64,000 nt of DNA from Toensbergia leucococca. Taxonomy: Eukaryota. The translations under genes and the position numbers were made by a program. Shown here piece by piece: positions 34,949 to 49,009 of the stretch (position 1 is its first letter; each line of letters opens with the position of its first letter). Below the pieces are notes generated by a model. That model was not told where the DNA came from and searched no databases. It saw only the letters and a list, made by a program, of their open reading frames with translations. The stretch covers positions 1 through 64,000 of the forward strand of contig JALDZS010000048.1 of the NCBI GenBank assembly GCA_022813965.1. Reading direction: 5' to 3'.

Positions 34949-37900
34949 TCATCCACCCTTCCTCTCAGCCTCTTTGGAGGGCAAGAGCTCGCCAGACAGT
35001 AAACTCGGATTCTGAACCGCATTAGCCTTCGACTTAGTCTTCTTATTCTTCTTACTTGTGGACTGCCATCCGTTCGTCTGCTGCTGCAAGCTAGTCGTTT
35101 GAGTACTGGTGTTCTTGGGAAGAGTTCCGTTGGTCTTTTGCCCTAGATTATCACTTTCTTTGTGCTTTCCGTTTATAACGGTCGAACTAGATGAAAGATA
35201 GAGTTGCTTTGAGCCCCCGTTAAGTCTCGTGATCTGTGAATCTGCAATGCTGTCTTCCCTACGATTTGCTGTAGGAGACGGTGTCCGCACCTCACGCACT
35301 GGGGATAAGAGAGGGATAGGCATCAAAGACTTATCGTGACGAAGATTTGACTTGTTCGGCTGAATATCGAGTTTGGGTGTAGGAATCGAATAGCGGACGG
35401 TCTCTTGTGAAGGAGTTTGATCGGCGTTAGTTGGCGTCGGAGCGACTGTTGTATCATAACAAATGATTCCTAGACCATCAGCATTTATACATGGAGTTCC
35501 AAGGCCCGGGCCACTCGTTGCCGTTTGAAGACTCGCACTTTCTCGAATTGAGGTACGGAGAGAATTTGCCGCAGACTCCGTATTACCATTCTGCGTGACA
35601 TCAACCAAGCGATGTAGATTAGGCGTAGAATTGTTTTGTGGGATATATGTAGGTACTCCGGGCCCTTTTGTGTTTTCAATTTCTGTGGAAGGCGAGTCTT
35701 GTCCTTTGCCTGGAAAGTCGTCCAACGCATCATCCGAGTTGACCACTGCTTCGCTCATAGCTGAGGATTGGTTCATAGATAAAGGAACCATAGGAAATTC
35801 TGGCAGTCCTCCACCGCGGGATCCATCTACAATAATTGGCCCACTACGCTGCCCTGATATTGATGTCCCTTGTCTCTCGGCTTGTAGGGGTCCCGAAGGG
35901 GCGGAGGCGGCAGAGCGAACGCTAAAAGCCCTGTCTCGAAAAGATATCGATGGCGAGCGAGTCGGAGATTGTGAACCATCCCTTAACCGGCTAGGGCCTT
36001 GTGAATGACCCCTGATACGATTGGTAAAATCGTGGCTGTAACCCGAGACTGGTGCGAGGACTGGATTGCTTCGATATGACTGAGATGCTGGAGACTTATG
36101 CACGTAATATCCCACGTATTCCTTGGGCAAATTGTCCTCAAATGGGGAATCTGCAGGTGGCGCCCTGAAACCAGGAACTCCCACTGCTCCAACGCGATTT
36201 TGAGTCATTTCCATTGCAGCATAAGACTGGTGTTGATTTGTCGGCTGGTACTGCTGTAACCTATTGTTGCGGTGCAATGCTCCTATGTATCCATGGATGG
36301 CTACACCAGATGGGACCGGCCGGGCAGGCTGAGAATGAGACCGCAGGCTTGAGCCCGAAGGGTTATTCGAGTCAGATGACCGATGAAGGCCTCGCCTAAG
36401 TTCTGGTTGCACTGTTGCCATCGACGGAGAAGAAGGATTGGTACGTATGCTCTGCTGCGATGATCCCTCGACTGGTGTGTAGGAGAATGGATAATAAAAT
36501 GACCCATGATGCTGTCGCAGTGGAGCTGAAAGAGGCGCCCGATTCATCATTGCAGAGTGTTCTCTCGCAGTTTGTTGACTGTGAGGACTTACGGGATTTG
36601 AAAGCTGAGCTTGAGCCTGGGCGTGGGCCTGTGCATGTAATTGAGCTTGAGCTTGGTGGAGTAATTGCATTCTCAACTGCTGCTCCTGCGCCTGTAGATA
36701 TTGATAACGGTGGAAAAGCTCATCGTGGATCTGCAGCTGAACGTTTTGTGCCTGCACTGCTTGAGCACCATTCAGTGGCCCAGGCGATCTGTTCATAGGT
36801 GTAGAGCTTGGTACTCGTCTATTCGTCTGCCCAGGCCGGTGTTGACTGACGATATGCCTGCCTCCCCGATAATTGCCCCCTCCTCGACCACGCCCGGACT
36901 GCGAGGCACTTCGAGCCAGTACAGGTCGAGGCTGTGGTGGAGGTCTCTCCCAAAACTTCTCTTCCGTTGCAGGAAATATATACGCCTCGCAGCATTCGGC
37001 CAGCGTAGCTTCCGAGACAAGTTCGAAGGCGCGCCTCAACTCCAGGTGAAGACCACGAAAAGATATGTCGTCGGCAGTATTCCCTAGGTTTCTGTCGGTA
37101 TTGAAAGGCTCTTCGACACACAAACGATTATTCTGCATCAGATGCCACTTCTTCGCGTCTTTAGAAATAAGTTGGGCTTCTCGAACAGAAAGCACACTTT
37201 TATCGTAATCGATCTCGTGAGCATAGCGCCGAAAGAAGTGGAAGAGGAGCTCTCCAAGCGTCTCCTTGTTTTTGTGACCAAACCCGTATAGAGATTCCAT
37301 ATCATCGGCAAATGCAGACAGGTGACCTTCTGAGTTGATCAGGCGTTGATGAGGTCTCCCATGAAGGCTAGGCAAGACTGGGGGGTTGCGTGTCTGGAGA
37401 AAGTTGAGAATCATACAGATCCAAGTATACGAGCTAAGCGTGCCGCCGAGAGCTATAGCACCGTCTTAGACATGATTACTACACGTGAAAAGGCTCTGCT
37501 ACTCACCGGCGTCATTCAAAACTCGTTGTTTGGTCCAGTGCTTTATGATCATTGCTAGTGGCCGTACACGCTCATCGATCTCTACATATGTCCTGATCAT
37601 ACGTGTGTTCTCTAGAGCCAGAGTATTGTTGACGTTCATATCACACGCCAGTTGCAGCTCAGGGTCCCAGATCTTGACGATTGGAACTTTGGCGTGAGGC
37701 ACACATATCACACGTTCCATGCCGTCTACACATCAGTCAGTGATTTTCTCTGCTCAGTCTTTTCTCACCCACATACGTTCCGCTAGTGCCTGGGCCAACA
37801 GGCAGACTCGCTCAAGATGTTTCTTAGGCGTTGTTATACATATGTCAACTGGACATGTCAGCATCTCCAATTATAACTATCTCTTCTTGTTTACGGACCA

Positions 37901-38442
37901 TCTGAGTCACTCGTGCAGAGCATGTTTCCTGAAGACCCAAAGACATGAACCTTGATGCTACTCCCTGGCCACTGCGCATTCAAGATGTTTTCTAGTTTCC
38001 GCACGAATGTTGCCCTTCTGTTCTCGCTCTCACTAGACGGCAATATCCGGTCATAAAGTTCTCTCATATCTCCACTTAATCTGTTCTCTTCCACCGGATT
38101 CAAATACTTTTTCGGCATAGCCTGTGCTCTCTCCAGCTTGTCCCCTCCTACAGAATAAGGAACACGCCTTCGCGAATATGCCATGCCCGTTTCGTACTTG
38201 CATCCCGTTAGGAAGGGTACGCTGCCGCGAACACCAAGGGTACTGTCCGACTCGGAATGTACGGACCTCGGAGAATGAGCAGCAGCTCCTTTGTCTGGGG
38301 ACGGCGAGCGCGAAGTAAAAGACAGTTTTCGAGCATGTTGGTATGGTGTTGATGGTAATGAGCTCGATTGTTGCGTTATCAAGCTTGGGCGGGGACTGGC
38401 TGGCATATGTAGAGAGAGGGCTCTGAAATCTTCTGCCGCCAT
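34949..38442 (-). CDS. Cid1/Cid13/CutA-family terminal nucleotidyltransferase with a PAP-associated domain and long low-complexity C-terminus, 4 exons
   Basis: VFGSSGN, SDSD|VDIC, AKVPIVKIWD, CDMNVNNTLALENTRMI, GGTLSSYTWIC and LCVEEPFNTDRNLGN. The start at 38442 is inferred. Confidence 0.9.
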
Positions 38443-41400
38443 TTCCAATTTTCTACCTCTTGTCACCGCTGAGATACCTCCTTCTTCCTTTGATTTAATC
38501 TGATTCCCATTGATATCCACCGGTTTCGATGGCGACCAAAGCAGCGGCCACCAATTTGGGTGCGGGGGTTTGCAAGGTTGGCGCTCAGTCCCGATGCTCA
38601 AGAAGTCTTTCGAACCTCCCAAAGATCTTTGCTAGTATCCAAAGCGGCAAGAAATCCCATGCACGACTGCAAGCTATAGCCCTAATATTTCCAGACTATA
38701 CAAGCGGCAAACTTGGGCTTTTCAGGAGGGGGGTACTTGGATGTCTTAGTCACGGAGTAGCGACCGAGTGAGCCTCCCAAGTCGGCCGGTGTATGACACT
38801 CTGCCTTATCCAAAAGCAGCTGTCTGCTTCAGTGTAGAAAATGAGGCGATTAGTGAAAGGAGTGGATTTGTCTAGAAAGCGGGCTTGGATAATCCTCGCC
38901 TCTCGTCCTCAGCGGAGTGGCAACAATGGCAATATGGGCAATCTCCGAGCGAATTACGCCGGGGTAACCGAGACTGAATATGACAGCGAAGTGAGAGTAT
39001 CGAGGTCAGTGAACGAGAAGGTTGGGTTTGCTAGCTGAATGCGATGAATGTCGTAAATACAGTGGTTCGTGTGAGAATGAAATTGGGAAGTACCCCCTCG
39101 GCCCTACCTACCTAGAGTGCTAGGTAACGATCATTAATTGTTTGTGGCGCCTTCCTCTTCCTTCTTCACACGTCCGGCACACTTCGCGACAAATCAGCGC
39201 CAGGGATTGTTCAACTCGCAATGATGTTATAAGTCTACATTCTCTGCATCACATTTTCAGTGTCCAGAGGATATCTGTGGCTTTCACTTGCAACGTCATT
39301 CGACCGAAATTTCATTGACTCAGGTCCGTACTCGATGGAACAAAGAACCATCAGTGTCGCCATTCATGGCAAGGGTGACCCGAATGCCTCAGCTCTTTCA
39401 GCACAGCAAATCCTATTCAAAGCTACCTAGTGTTATCCCTGAGAAAGCCCATCCAACCTCTCAGCTTGGTTCCTCGTGATCGTATCTTCTGCATAAGCGC
39501 TACTCATATCACATAAGGAGACAGGCTGCATTAACGACTTGAATCACTAACATTGCTGCAATCACAGCCCTGGGATTTGACAACTCATGATGTCCTTACA
39601 AATAGTATCGTCCGCTTGTCACCGTTGCAAAAGCCAATTGCACAAGACTTGTGACTAAATCACTCAATCTCATATTAATAGAGTACGAGTCCTTGTTTCT
39701 GTACGGAAAAACCAATTTTGGATACTTTGTTTCGATTTCTTTCAGGCTACTGGTTTGACTATTGAATACGTACTGATGGTCACCTCAGCAAATAATCTCC
39801 GTTATAATGTGCAGTATATCCTTGCCATTTCTGAAGAAAGACATAGATTATATCGTTTACCGCACGGTGTTCCCGAAAACAGATTCTAATCGCGTCAGTT
39901 CTTTCACCGTCCCTGATTTCAAACCTATCGATCCCTTATTCTTCAATGCCATTTTGTGTCCCCAAAGTGATAGTGATAATGAAAATTCTCTCAATGAGAA
40001 TCAGCCGGATTCTATGCGACCGAGAAGAGTCTTCATGTGAACGTGAGATTGCAAATGCTTAACTAGCAGTGGGTGTTGCCCGCTGCGGAAAATTATCATT
40101 TGCAATGCTTCAATTTTTCTTTTTGGAGCTTTAGGGATCTTTGAATCCTTCAAAAGGGCCAAATCTGGAGGTCTCAGATAGCCTGTGACCTACCAGATTG
40201 AATGCGTTGCAATTTAAAATTTGTAAGAATACTGATCAACGGGTAATCAAAATGCCAATTAGGAGCCTCGTAACTTGGGTATCCACGGTAAAGTCCGTAT
40301 TTAAATTATATGAGTTTACTCGCCTGTCCAACGACAAATTTCTGGCCAAAGCAAAGCTGCCGTGAGTTCGCAAGTTAGGAATTCTCCAGTGACATTGTGA
40401 ACGAGGAGTTTCGAAATAATACCCTCAAGAAGCGTCTCATAAACTTTGATCCAAGTGCAAGGTTGCGAATACTCCCGGACCTAGAGAATCGATTTCCACG
40501 AGTAAACGCTGGACTGCGCAAACAGTAGGGCTTTCTCTTCTCCTAGCACAAAACAGCAGTCACTAGGACAAGAAACGACCTTAAAAGCAGGACCTAGGTG
40601 TGCAATTTGTTAGACTCAAGATTATGAGCCCTGACGTGTCACTCGAACAACATCGAAAACACCTAGAGAGAATGGAGTGGAGGGCTACTCCTAATCGGAT
40701 GTTATGCCTTGTTCAAAGTCCTCCAATGTCTTGTAACGGAAACCGAACACAGCCATGAGGAAGGAAAAAGATATGTTCAGAGGCGTAGCAAGATCGCGAG
40801 ACAAGAAGATTAAAGACATCGATGTGAGACACAGTAACAAAAGGCAATTGGGGCTCCTGTGAAACGCCAAACCCAAGTCACATCGTAGTCCACGTGGGGC
40901 ACCATGGCACTGGGTTTAAGGCAAAGCCTTTTTTGCGGAGGCTTATCCACCACCACGTCCTCACGGCGAAGGAGGTGGTCATAAGCGCTCCGTAGCCGTA
41001 GCAGTAGCCATGCATGAATGTAGTCATTTTATCTCAGGTGCGATGAGATAATAGAAGAAGTGCTGACTGCTTTGGAAATCTCATAGGGCATAGGTGGTAT
41101 GTCGTCATTCCATGCTCCCGGCAAAACGGAGATTCAATACTGGATCAAGTTAATGAACAGCATCACGCGGGGTTCATGCATGAGTGCTTTCGGACGAGCC
41201 GCTCGACATGCGACGGTTTTAGTGGGGTGTCTCGGTGTGTGTTACGTTGACATGTGGGAAAGGATACTCGGTAGGTAGGTGAGAAGGTGAGTAACAAATG
41301 GCCAGTCGGCAGAATAACCGGAGACAGGAGACAGGTTGATTACCTATTCCAGTATTCCAGAATTCAAGAAACAACGTGTCAAATTGGAAGCCCGAGTTCC

Positions 41401-42011
41401 AATTAATTCGACCCGAGAAAAGAAAAGAACCCCCATGCCCATGCTCCAGGCTCCATGCTCCACGGCCCTCTTCTTTTTAAGGTTGTTCGGTCACCCACAT
41501 GGCATGCATCAGTGCTTTGTGCCCGTACGAGCAGTGCCACAGTGGTGCTTCGAGACCCGTGTCCGTCGCACGACTCCTTATTTTAACGAACTATGAGTAC
41601 TTGTAGAAGCCTAGAATCCGTGACCCTAACTTTGCCACTACGCATCGCTGACTACCTGCAACAGAGCCACGGACTCGACTGACTAACAACATCAATTACT
41701 ACCTGGTACGGTACGATGGTACGAGGGTACTTGTAGTTCTTCATCGGTAGTCACGTGGATAAAGCGAAGAAGCCCCCGAGCTTAGTGCCGTGTTCTAGTG
41801 TTCCAACGGCGCCTGGGATGAAATTGATATTTGTAGTAAATTGGAGCCGAATCTTAAACCTTATCCAATTCATCCCAAACCCCAATCTCTTTTCCTTCTC
41901 AATTCAGTCCCACGACTGCTGAGCATCGGCATAGACTACCGCTCTTCGTTTCTATCAAGTGTATCCCTTTTCATTTTGATACCCTGTTGTGTGCATGCTT
42001 TGTGAATACTG

Positions 42012-42201
42012 GTAAGTCCTTATTCTCCGCTGCACCGGCAAAGTAAGCCACCGCAAAAAGAAATCTTCGATCACTCTCGCCCACATCTTTTTCTTCAAAG
42101 CTCCACATCCAACGGCCCAACAGTCTTGATAACCTGCCCTTGAGCCCCAATCATGCCGACAATAGCCGTCTAGACTGTTATAGCTAACCTACTCTTTCTA
42201 G
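42012..42201 (+). other. Probable 5'-UTR intron
   Basis: GTAAGT donor at 42012, GCTAAC branch at ~42183 and TAG acceptor at 42201, upstream of the ATG at 42313. Confidence 0.6.
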
Positions 42202-42312
42202 GCGCCTGTCTTTCTTAATCTCTCCTTTCTCCGAACATCGCAACCCAAGCATCATCCACTTCAAAGATAACGACTTTTCATCCAGCATAGTCCGCATTCG
42301 TCTTCATATAAC

Positions 42313-43842
42313 ATGTCTTACTACGAAGCCCAATCTTGGCAGCTTCCAGCACGCCAGGCATCATGGGAACAGCCTCCACCCCCGTCTCGTGCAGGTCAGT
42401 CATTAAAGGCGTGATGGATTAGAAAAGAGACCTAACAGGAATACAGGAGCTACTTCTTCTCTAGCACACGAAGACATCTCTGCCTTTGACACTCAAATAG
42501 AAGGTACGTGATTAACTTCTGAATGCCTATCGTATCGTCGTGCACGATTTCCTGTCGCTCCAATTTCATGCTCTCAACCTCCAGCATAGTCATACTGACT
42601 ATTCATTTAGAGGTTGATCGTGCTCTTGACAACCTTGTAAAGAGCGGAAAGCTTTTCAATACACCCTCAAGACGGGAATCGGGACCTATGATGGGAGGTA
42701 CGCGGCCCTATTCAGACTTTGGTATGCATCATAGATCGCCATTTTTTCTTCGGCTCAATCAATGACTTACCCACTGCTACGTAGACCCTCGAATGGGTGG
42801 TATTCCTCAACGTCATCCCTCGGCTAGCGAGTTTGATCCGATGCGCTCGCATTCTGGCTCGAATCTCCAAAGCTTTTATGCCAATCAGCGCCATCAGCCT
42901 CGACCCAACGAAGCCGAGCAGATGATGCAGGCCAAGCGCCGAATGGCCGCCCAACGCGAGCGTGAGCTACGCAATTATCATCAGGAACAGCAGTACAATC
43001 GAAGTAGGTGACGGCGTTGGCACGTACTCGGTCTAGCTGATTCACACCTAGGTCTTTTGGCAGATGTTTCAGCTCAAGGCACTTCCGATCGCGCGGTCAG
43101 CCCAAACGCGATGAACGAAGAAGAGCGTAGGGAGCTTATTGCACGTCAGCACCGCGCCCTTTACGGCAACGATGGTCCATCGTATTATGAGAATGGCAGT
43201 TTTGGCGACAATAACCATACGCCTCGTCCAGCGCCTCAGGCCTCTAGTACTCCAGCATCTGCCGCCAGTGGCCAAGGACCCTCTCCTCTGGCTTTTGATT
43301 CCTTTGGACAGAAGGCACCTATCGAGCCTGCCGGACAGTACACTGCCAGCGAGTCTAATGTTAATCAGCAAGGCTCTCTTAATGGACCATCGCCGAAGCC
43401 TCAACAGCAGCGCTCTCGCGCCAACAGCACGTCATCTCCTGCTTCAAATAATCAGAGCTTTAGTCTCTTTGAGAACGCGGCCCAGCAATCCAGCCGCACT
43501 TCAACGTCATCACCTGGTGGATCGCCTCCACGCCAGACAAAGACCTCAACGGCTCCCATAGGTAATGGCGTTGCTCCTATTGGCACTCGTCCAGCTCAGA
43601 GTCAAGCTGTAAATCCAGCACTAAATAAACGATCGACTACACCTCTACCATCCCCGCTCAGCTATGGATTCGCGGCAAACGAAAGTATCAATTCGAACTC
43701 GAACCCAAATGAGCGATCTACCTCTGCAGCATCCAATCCATCCGCCGGAGCAAAGGACGGTGGCATGAACATTGGATGGGGTAGTAGTAGCGGTGTCTGG
43801 GGCAAGAATCCACTTGGTGTACAGGCGTCTGTTTGGGGATAA
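42313..43842 (+). CDS. Fungal protein of unknown function, S/Q/P-rich with a short charged helix, 5 coding exons
   Basis: Exons join in frame across canonical introns: MSYYEAQSW...|...EVDRALDNLVKSGK...|...QAKRRMAAQRERELRNYHQEQQYNRS|...GVWGKNPLGVQASVWG*. Confidence 0.8.
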
Positions 43843-45960
43843 GCTGGATACCTTTTCTTATTACTTCGGCTGAGATACATGGGGTTTTGCATTCTGGGTG
43901 TTTTGGTATAGCGTGTACTGTCGGCGGCATGTTCTGGTATGGCTGGGGGGAAGGTACCACTCATACGGTGCATTCCTTCACAACTGTAATCAGGTGAAAG
44001 CGTTGGTCGTTCCAGCGATGTGTTACTTGTATGTGCGGAGGGTGGGTTGGCCGGTCATCTGTGATTCTTTTGCGCGTCGAGTAGGGAGGGGTGAGTGAGC
44101 AGGGAATCCGGGGTTCGATTACTTTTTTTTTCCCGCTCGCTTTGTTAGCTTGTCAGGCTGATTGCAGGAGTTCTGATCGATTCTCTTATCTCTTTCGTTT
44201 TGGAGCGGCAGGACGTATCGAGGATCTTAATCCGGGGGGAAAAGTGGTGTACGGTTTTGTACAAGGGAAGCTTGAATCTCGCGGGTATTTCAAGGGGGCC
44301 TGAGGTTTTTATGTACAAAGCAATTTTGCCTTTTTATTCATTTCGTGGGCGCTTTTTGCTCTTACCTATTTTTTTGCTATCTGAGAGCGAGGGATGAATA
44401 CATTGTTCTTTCCCATCTTTTGCCTTGTTTCTTCTGATTTGTGGGGGCGCCGGGGGGAGGCGCGAATCAAGTTGTTTGGAAGCTTTGCGCTCTGGATGTT
44501 TCCTTCTCTTGCCCTCCCTTCCTCCTTTGGTATTGCCCCCCCCCCCCCGGGGGGTTTTTCTCTTACAGGTCTGTCTTTGGGGGGTCTTTCGATAAACCCC
44601 TTGTCATATTCCCCTCCTCCGCCCCTTGACTAGATGTTGTAGTCCACTTTTCTCCCTCATTCCTCCCCCTCCCCGTGATCATGTTCAATCTAACTTAAGG
44701 TACCCAGCCATTTTCCCCTCTAGCTATAAAGTAGCTCTTGGGCGGTGCGTGGGGAAATGTAAACCTAAGGCTTTTTTTGGTTCGAATGAATTTACGGATG
44801 GTATTGAGAACTTTCAAGTTGCCCTATCCGATCCGAGAAAGGGATTAGGTAGAGGGAAAATAGGTCCCCTTATCCATTATGTACTTTTTTGGGGAGGGGG
44901 GCGGAGGGTTTGGAGAATTTCAGAACCCAGGTATAAATATTCAACCACATACACACATACTCTCTCTCGAATCCCATATCTCTCCACCACCCATCTCGCA
45001 CTCAATCCAAGAAACCCCCGCCCCCCCCCTCCCCCCCTCAAAAAAACGTCTCAGTCGTACCCATTCCCCCCCCCCCCCCACTCCCGCACCAAGCCAATTT
45101 CTCCCCCCCCCCCTCAATGAACGAGCATTCCAATGCCCCACCCACATAAAAAGCGGCACCTCCCTACCCCATACATCTCGCCCCCGCCAAAAAAAGAAAG
45201 AACCAAAAGACAAGGAAAAGCATTCTGCCCTCCATTTCCTCGATGAAGGAAGTTGAGTCTAGAACGGGGGGAGCCTCATAGCACCTTTGTATATCCCGAA
45301 AAACCCGTGTTTGAATTTGCAATGGCTTTTTTAGACGGGGAAGGTAAAATGCTGGCGAGTGAAGAAAAGAAGAAAGAGGAAAACGAAGAAGCGCCAGTCG
45401 AAAACCGGATACCGGGACAGGGAAACATACCAATAAAAGTTTTCTGTGGGGGGAGATTGGGGGCCGCGGATCAAAGCAACTCACCCGTTAACATGCAGCC
45501 ACAGCAACCTGATCAACCCTACCTGGAAAAGGGGCAAACAGCAGCAGAACCTCAACGTGAACCCAAAAAAATTAAATCTCAAGCACACACACCCCCAAAC
45601 CAACCCCCCAAAAAAGGCATGAAATTGCCCTCTTCTCATTTTTGTCTCCCTCAAGCATCAGCCAGGGCTCCTCTATGTCCACCCACCCGCTATACATGTT
45701 CCAGCAAACACAAGAGACAATTCCTCCCCAGGACAGCACAAAGTCTATGATACAAGAAAACAACAGCTCCCTCAGCGGTTGGGGAATATGAACTTGCGCT
45801 CGACTACCTGAATACCTTTGTTTCAAAAACTGTATGCAGATCGCATCATCCGCAGGTAAAGCGCCCCCCCTGGCCCCCTTCTGCCGTGCAGAGCGATAAG
45901 AGATGATTCACCTACAAAAACGCCGACAAACGCCACAGCAATGCCCAGCGAGCCAGCAAT

Positions 45961-48900
45961 TCACCCTCCGTTATCTCGTTTGTGGTCCGCGTCCCCAAGT
46001 GCTTTCACCCCCAGGGAGATCTCTATCTTTTTGCTAGTGGGCGAGTCCCTGTTGTTGGTGAAGCTTTTCTTGCGCCGGAGGATGTTGCTGGAAGTGCTGT
46101 TGGCGGTAGCGGCAGAGGAGACGGACGAACTGCGCCGTTTGGTAAGGGAGAGTTTGCCGAGCTCGTCATCTTCCTCGTCTTCTTCTCTTCTTCGTTTTTC
46201 CGACAGTCTTTCCGGGGGTGTTTGCGTCGTTGGAGTTGGGTCTTTGGGTGATGGTGTTTCGGGAGTACCATCCAACGACTTGACTTCTTGGGGCGTGCCT
46301 GGAGTTCCTAGCTCTGACGAGGGGGTCTTGATGTCCATTGCGTCTTCGTCGTCATCCGGGTAGTCTACAAGCGGTTTTGACAATGGAGATGCTCCGTTTG
46401 AAGATGGCGTGGCCAAGTTCTTCCTCTTGTTTGAGGCGTCGTCCTCGTCGTCTGATGTGTTGAAATATTCCTCTTCTGTAGCATCCATCTCCTTGACTCC
46501 TTGCCATCGTTGGTTGCCATTGACCTTGATTCGGTTGGATGGGCCCTCAGCTTCCGGGCCAAAAAGAGTAGTGTCTATGTCGGCGTTGAACCCTTGCATC
46601 TGGTCATATCGAAGTATCAAGTTTTGGAACGTGTCTACATACGTAATTTCTTGAAGCCTTTCTCGATAGTTTTCCACGACGTGAAGGATGATGGGTTTAA
46701 TGTTCTCTCTCTTGATAAATTCGAACAGCTCCAGGCAGGCTGAGTTCAGTAGGTTATCTCGTGGCATCGTGTCATATACAATGTTGAGAATCGGCTCGAA
46801 TAAATGGTTTTGAGTTATTTGTCGATTGTAGAATTCGTCTTGTAGACCTATGCATGCTCGGAAGAATTTCAGAGCCGCTGTCCAAAGATTAGGATCAGGT
46901 TGAACACTAGGACAGACCATTGTGGCACTTACTCAATTTTAAATACTTTTGTGGACATGAAAGCAATTGTGCTATACGCGCCGCGAGGCCTTCAGTAAGT
47001 ACGAAGTATTTGCTGCGAAACAGATGCTGGCGAATGAGGAACATGAGAATTTCGATCAGATGTGAGAATAGGGAGATTTCGTGAAAGCTGAGGTCGTGTA
47101 CTGTATAACATATGAGCCCAGCTTCTAACATCCTTTGGAGTTTTGCATTGACTACACTTACATGTTTTTCTCTTCTCCAAGTTTTTGAGAGGTTGAAAAA
47201 GCTTCTTGGCAGACTCGTCGTAAAAGTTCTGGATGAATGACTCGGTTTGAGGGTTTGCTTGTACATTACCACGTAGCTTCGACAAAAAGTCGCCGTTTGC
47301 TCTTGCCATGCCGTCTTGTGTTGGCGGGTTTGTTGCCGGATCTAGAAGAACCTTGATTGCATCTGCAGCTTGTGCTTTGACGCCAAGATCGACTTCAACA
47401 AGTAGAAGCTCAATCAGCGTGTCCGTCAAAGGTGTTCTCTTCTCACTGATTGCTTTGAATATATAAGCGCGCACCATGCCCGGGTCATGATCTAACATGG
47501 CAACGAGAACGTCGGTTCCTGCTACACGTATCGATGCATCTTCATTCTCAAGAGCGTATGTTATGACGTGCAAGAGTCCGTTTTGAATGAAATTTGTGTA
47601 CAGTGTTCCTCTGGCAGGGGCTTGGAGGTTTTTAGCGATTCCGCAACATTGTTGGATAAACACGATAGCATCCTTTTTCCGTTCAGGACTCGCCTCGGGA
47701 GAGTCGATGATGCCGAAAAGTTCTTCAAGAAAAGCAGTGTTGGCTTGCAAGTGAGATACAATATCGACCTGGTTGAAGAAGATGAGAGAGTTGAGAACAG
47801 AAAATGTAGGATCGTCAAGGATTCGAGCAAGAACAACGTCTTTTAGATACTGCAGTCGCATGGTGGAGTGGATCTTCTTCCGCACTGCGGCGTCTGCTAT
47901 AGGCACTACTTCCTTAAATCTTGAACATTCCCGAAGATATCGGCGATGGTTGGCCTTGTATCTTGGAAAATCCGGATCGTCTATAAAGCATGCTTATCAG
48001 CCAAAGTCATTTCACCAGCTTTGAAGACCATCCTACATTCTAACATGCCAACAACCCCGGTTATCACATAGTCATTAACAACATGCTCTATGATTTGCGT
48101 GTCATTCAAAAGAATAAGCATCTTCATGATTCGACATAAAGCATGAAGCTCTGGCAAGGCTTCCAAATCCTCCGCCATGCCAAGAAGGGGCACCAATTTC
48201 CGAATATAATCCTCACCGATGATGAACTTTGATAACGAGTCTCGACCAGGTGGCGAGGAACTTGCCACTTGCATCATCTGCTCAACCTCTGGCAGATTTC
48301 GAAGTTCTGGATGTGGTAGCATTACAGGATTGGCAAAAGTATCCATTGCATCGTCAGAAAGGGCATCGTCTACAAAGACACGATAAATTTTAGCAAGCCT
48401 CAAGCAAGTCGGTACTCGGCCGAACTGATCCAAGGAATAGAGGAGACCAAGCATAACAATAGACCTACCAGGACCGCCGAGCGCTAACAGGTGTTGCTGC
48501 ACTTGACTGACAAATTCCCTGCACACTCAAGAATCAGCCAGAAAGTCACCGGCAATGCGTGCCCTGATCCGGAAGCAAACGCACCATATCGTGGCACAGC
48601 CTTCAGCTTCTTGGAAACTAAGAGCCATGTCTGTTCCATTTGCCTCAGTCCATACGATAAGCGTATCTGTTTTCCAATAAGCACTGCTCCCATCGTAATT
48701 CGAAGATGCCGCTCATTACCTTGCTGTTTTTGGTATCCATCATCTTTCGAGATCCTTGTCTCTAGAAGCATTCGTTCGGGTTGATCTTCAGATTCGACAT
48801 GGATCTTGGATTCGTCCTACATCGGTGTCAATTGATCTCCGCTTCTGACAAACAGCGCGTTGTGATTTTTAGCCACAGTTTATGCTCATACTTACATTGA

Positions 48901-49009
48901 TGACTTGTCCCGAGCAGAAGCCCGTCCCGCGGTCGAACCAGTCATTGTTTCTTAGCTCGTAAACTTTCACCCTCTTCTTGTCATTTGGCGGTGGTGGCAC
49001 CAACGCCAT
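45961..49009 (-). CDS. psy2: PP4 regulatory subunit 3 (Psy2/SMEK), multi-exon
   Basis: EVH1-like N-terminus [40 protein letters not shown], and SMK-1 region [36 protein letters not shown], plus [16 protein letters not shown]. Confidence 0.95.

Noticed and set aside
41618..41634. CCCTAAC as a telomerase RNA template
   Set aside because: Only a partial match to TAACCCTAA, with no supporting structure seen.
44626..45826. ORFs of 80-165 aa in the low-complexity spacer
   Set aside because: Stop-poor frames arising from homopolymer-rich composition, with no domain or convincing gene structure.
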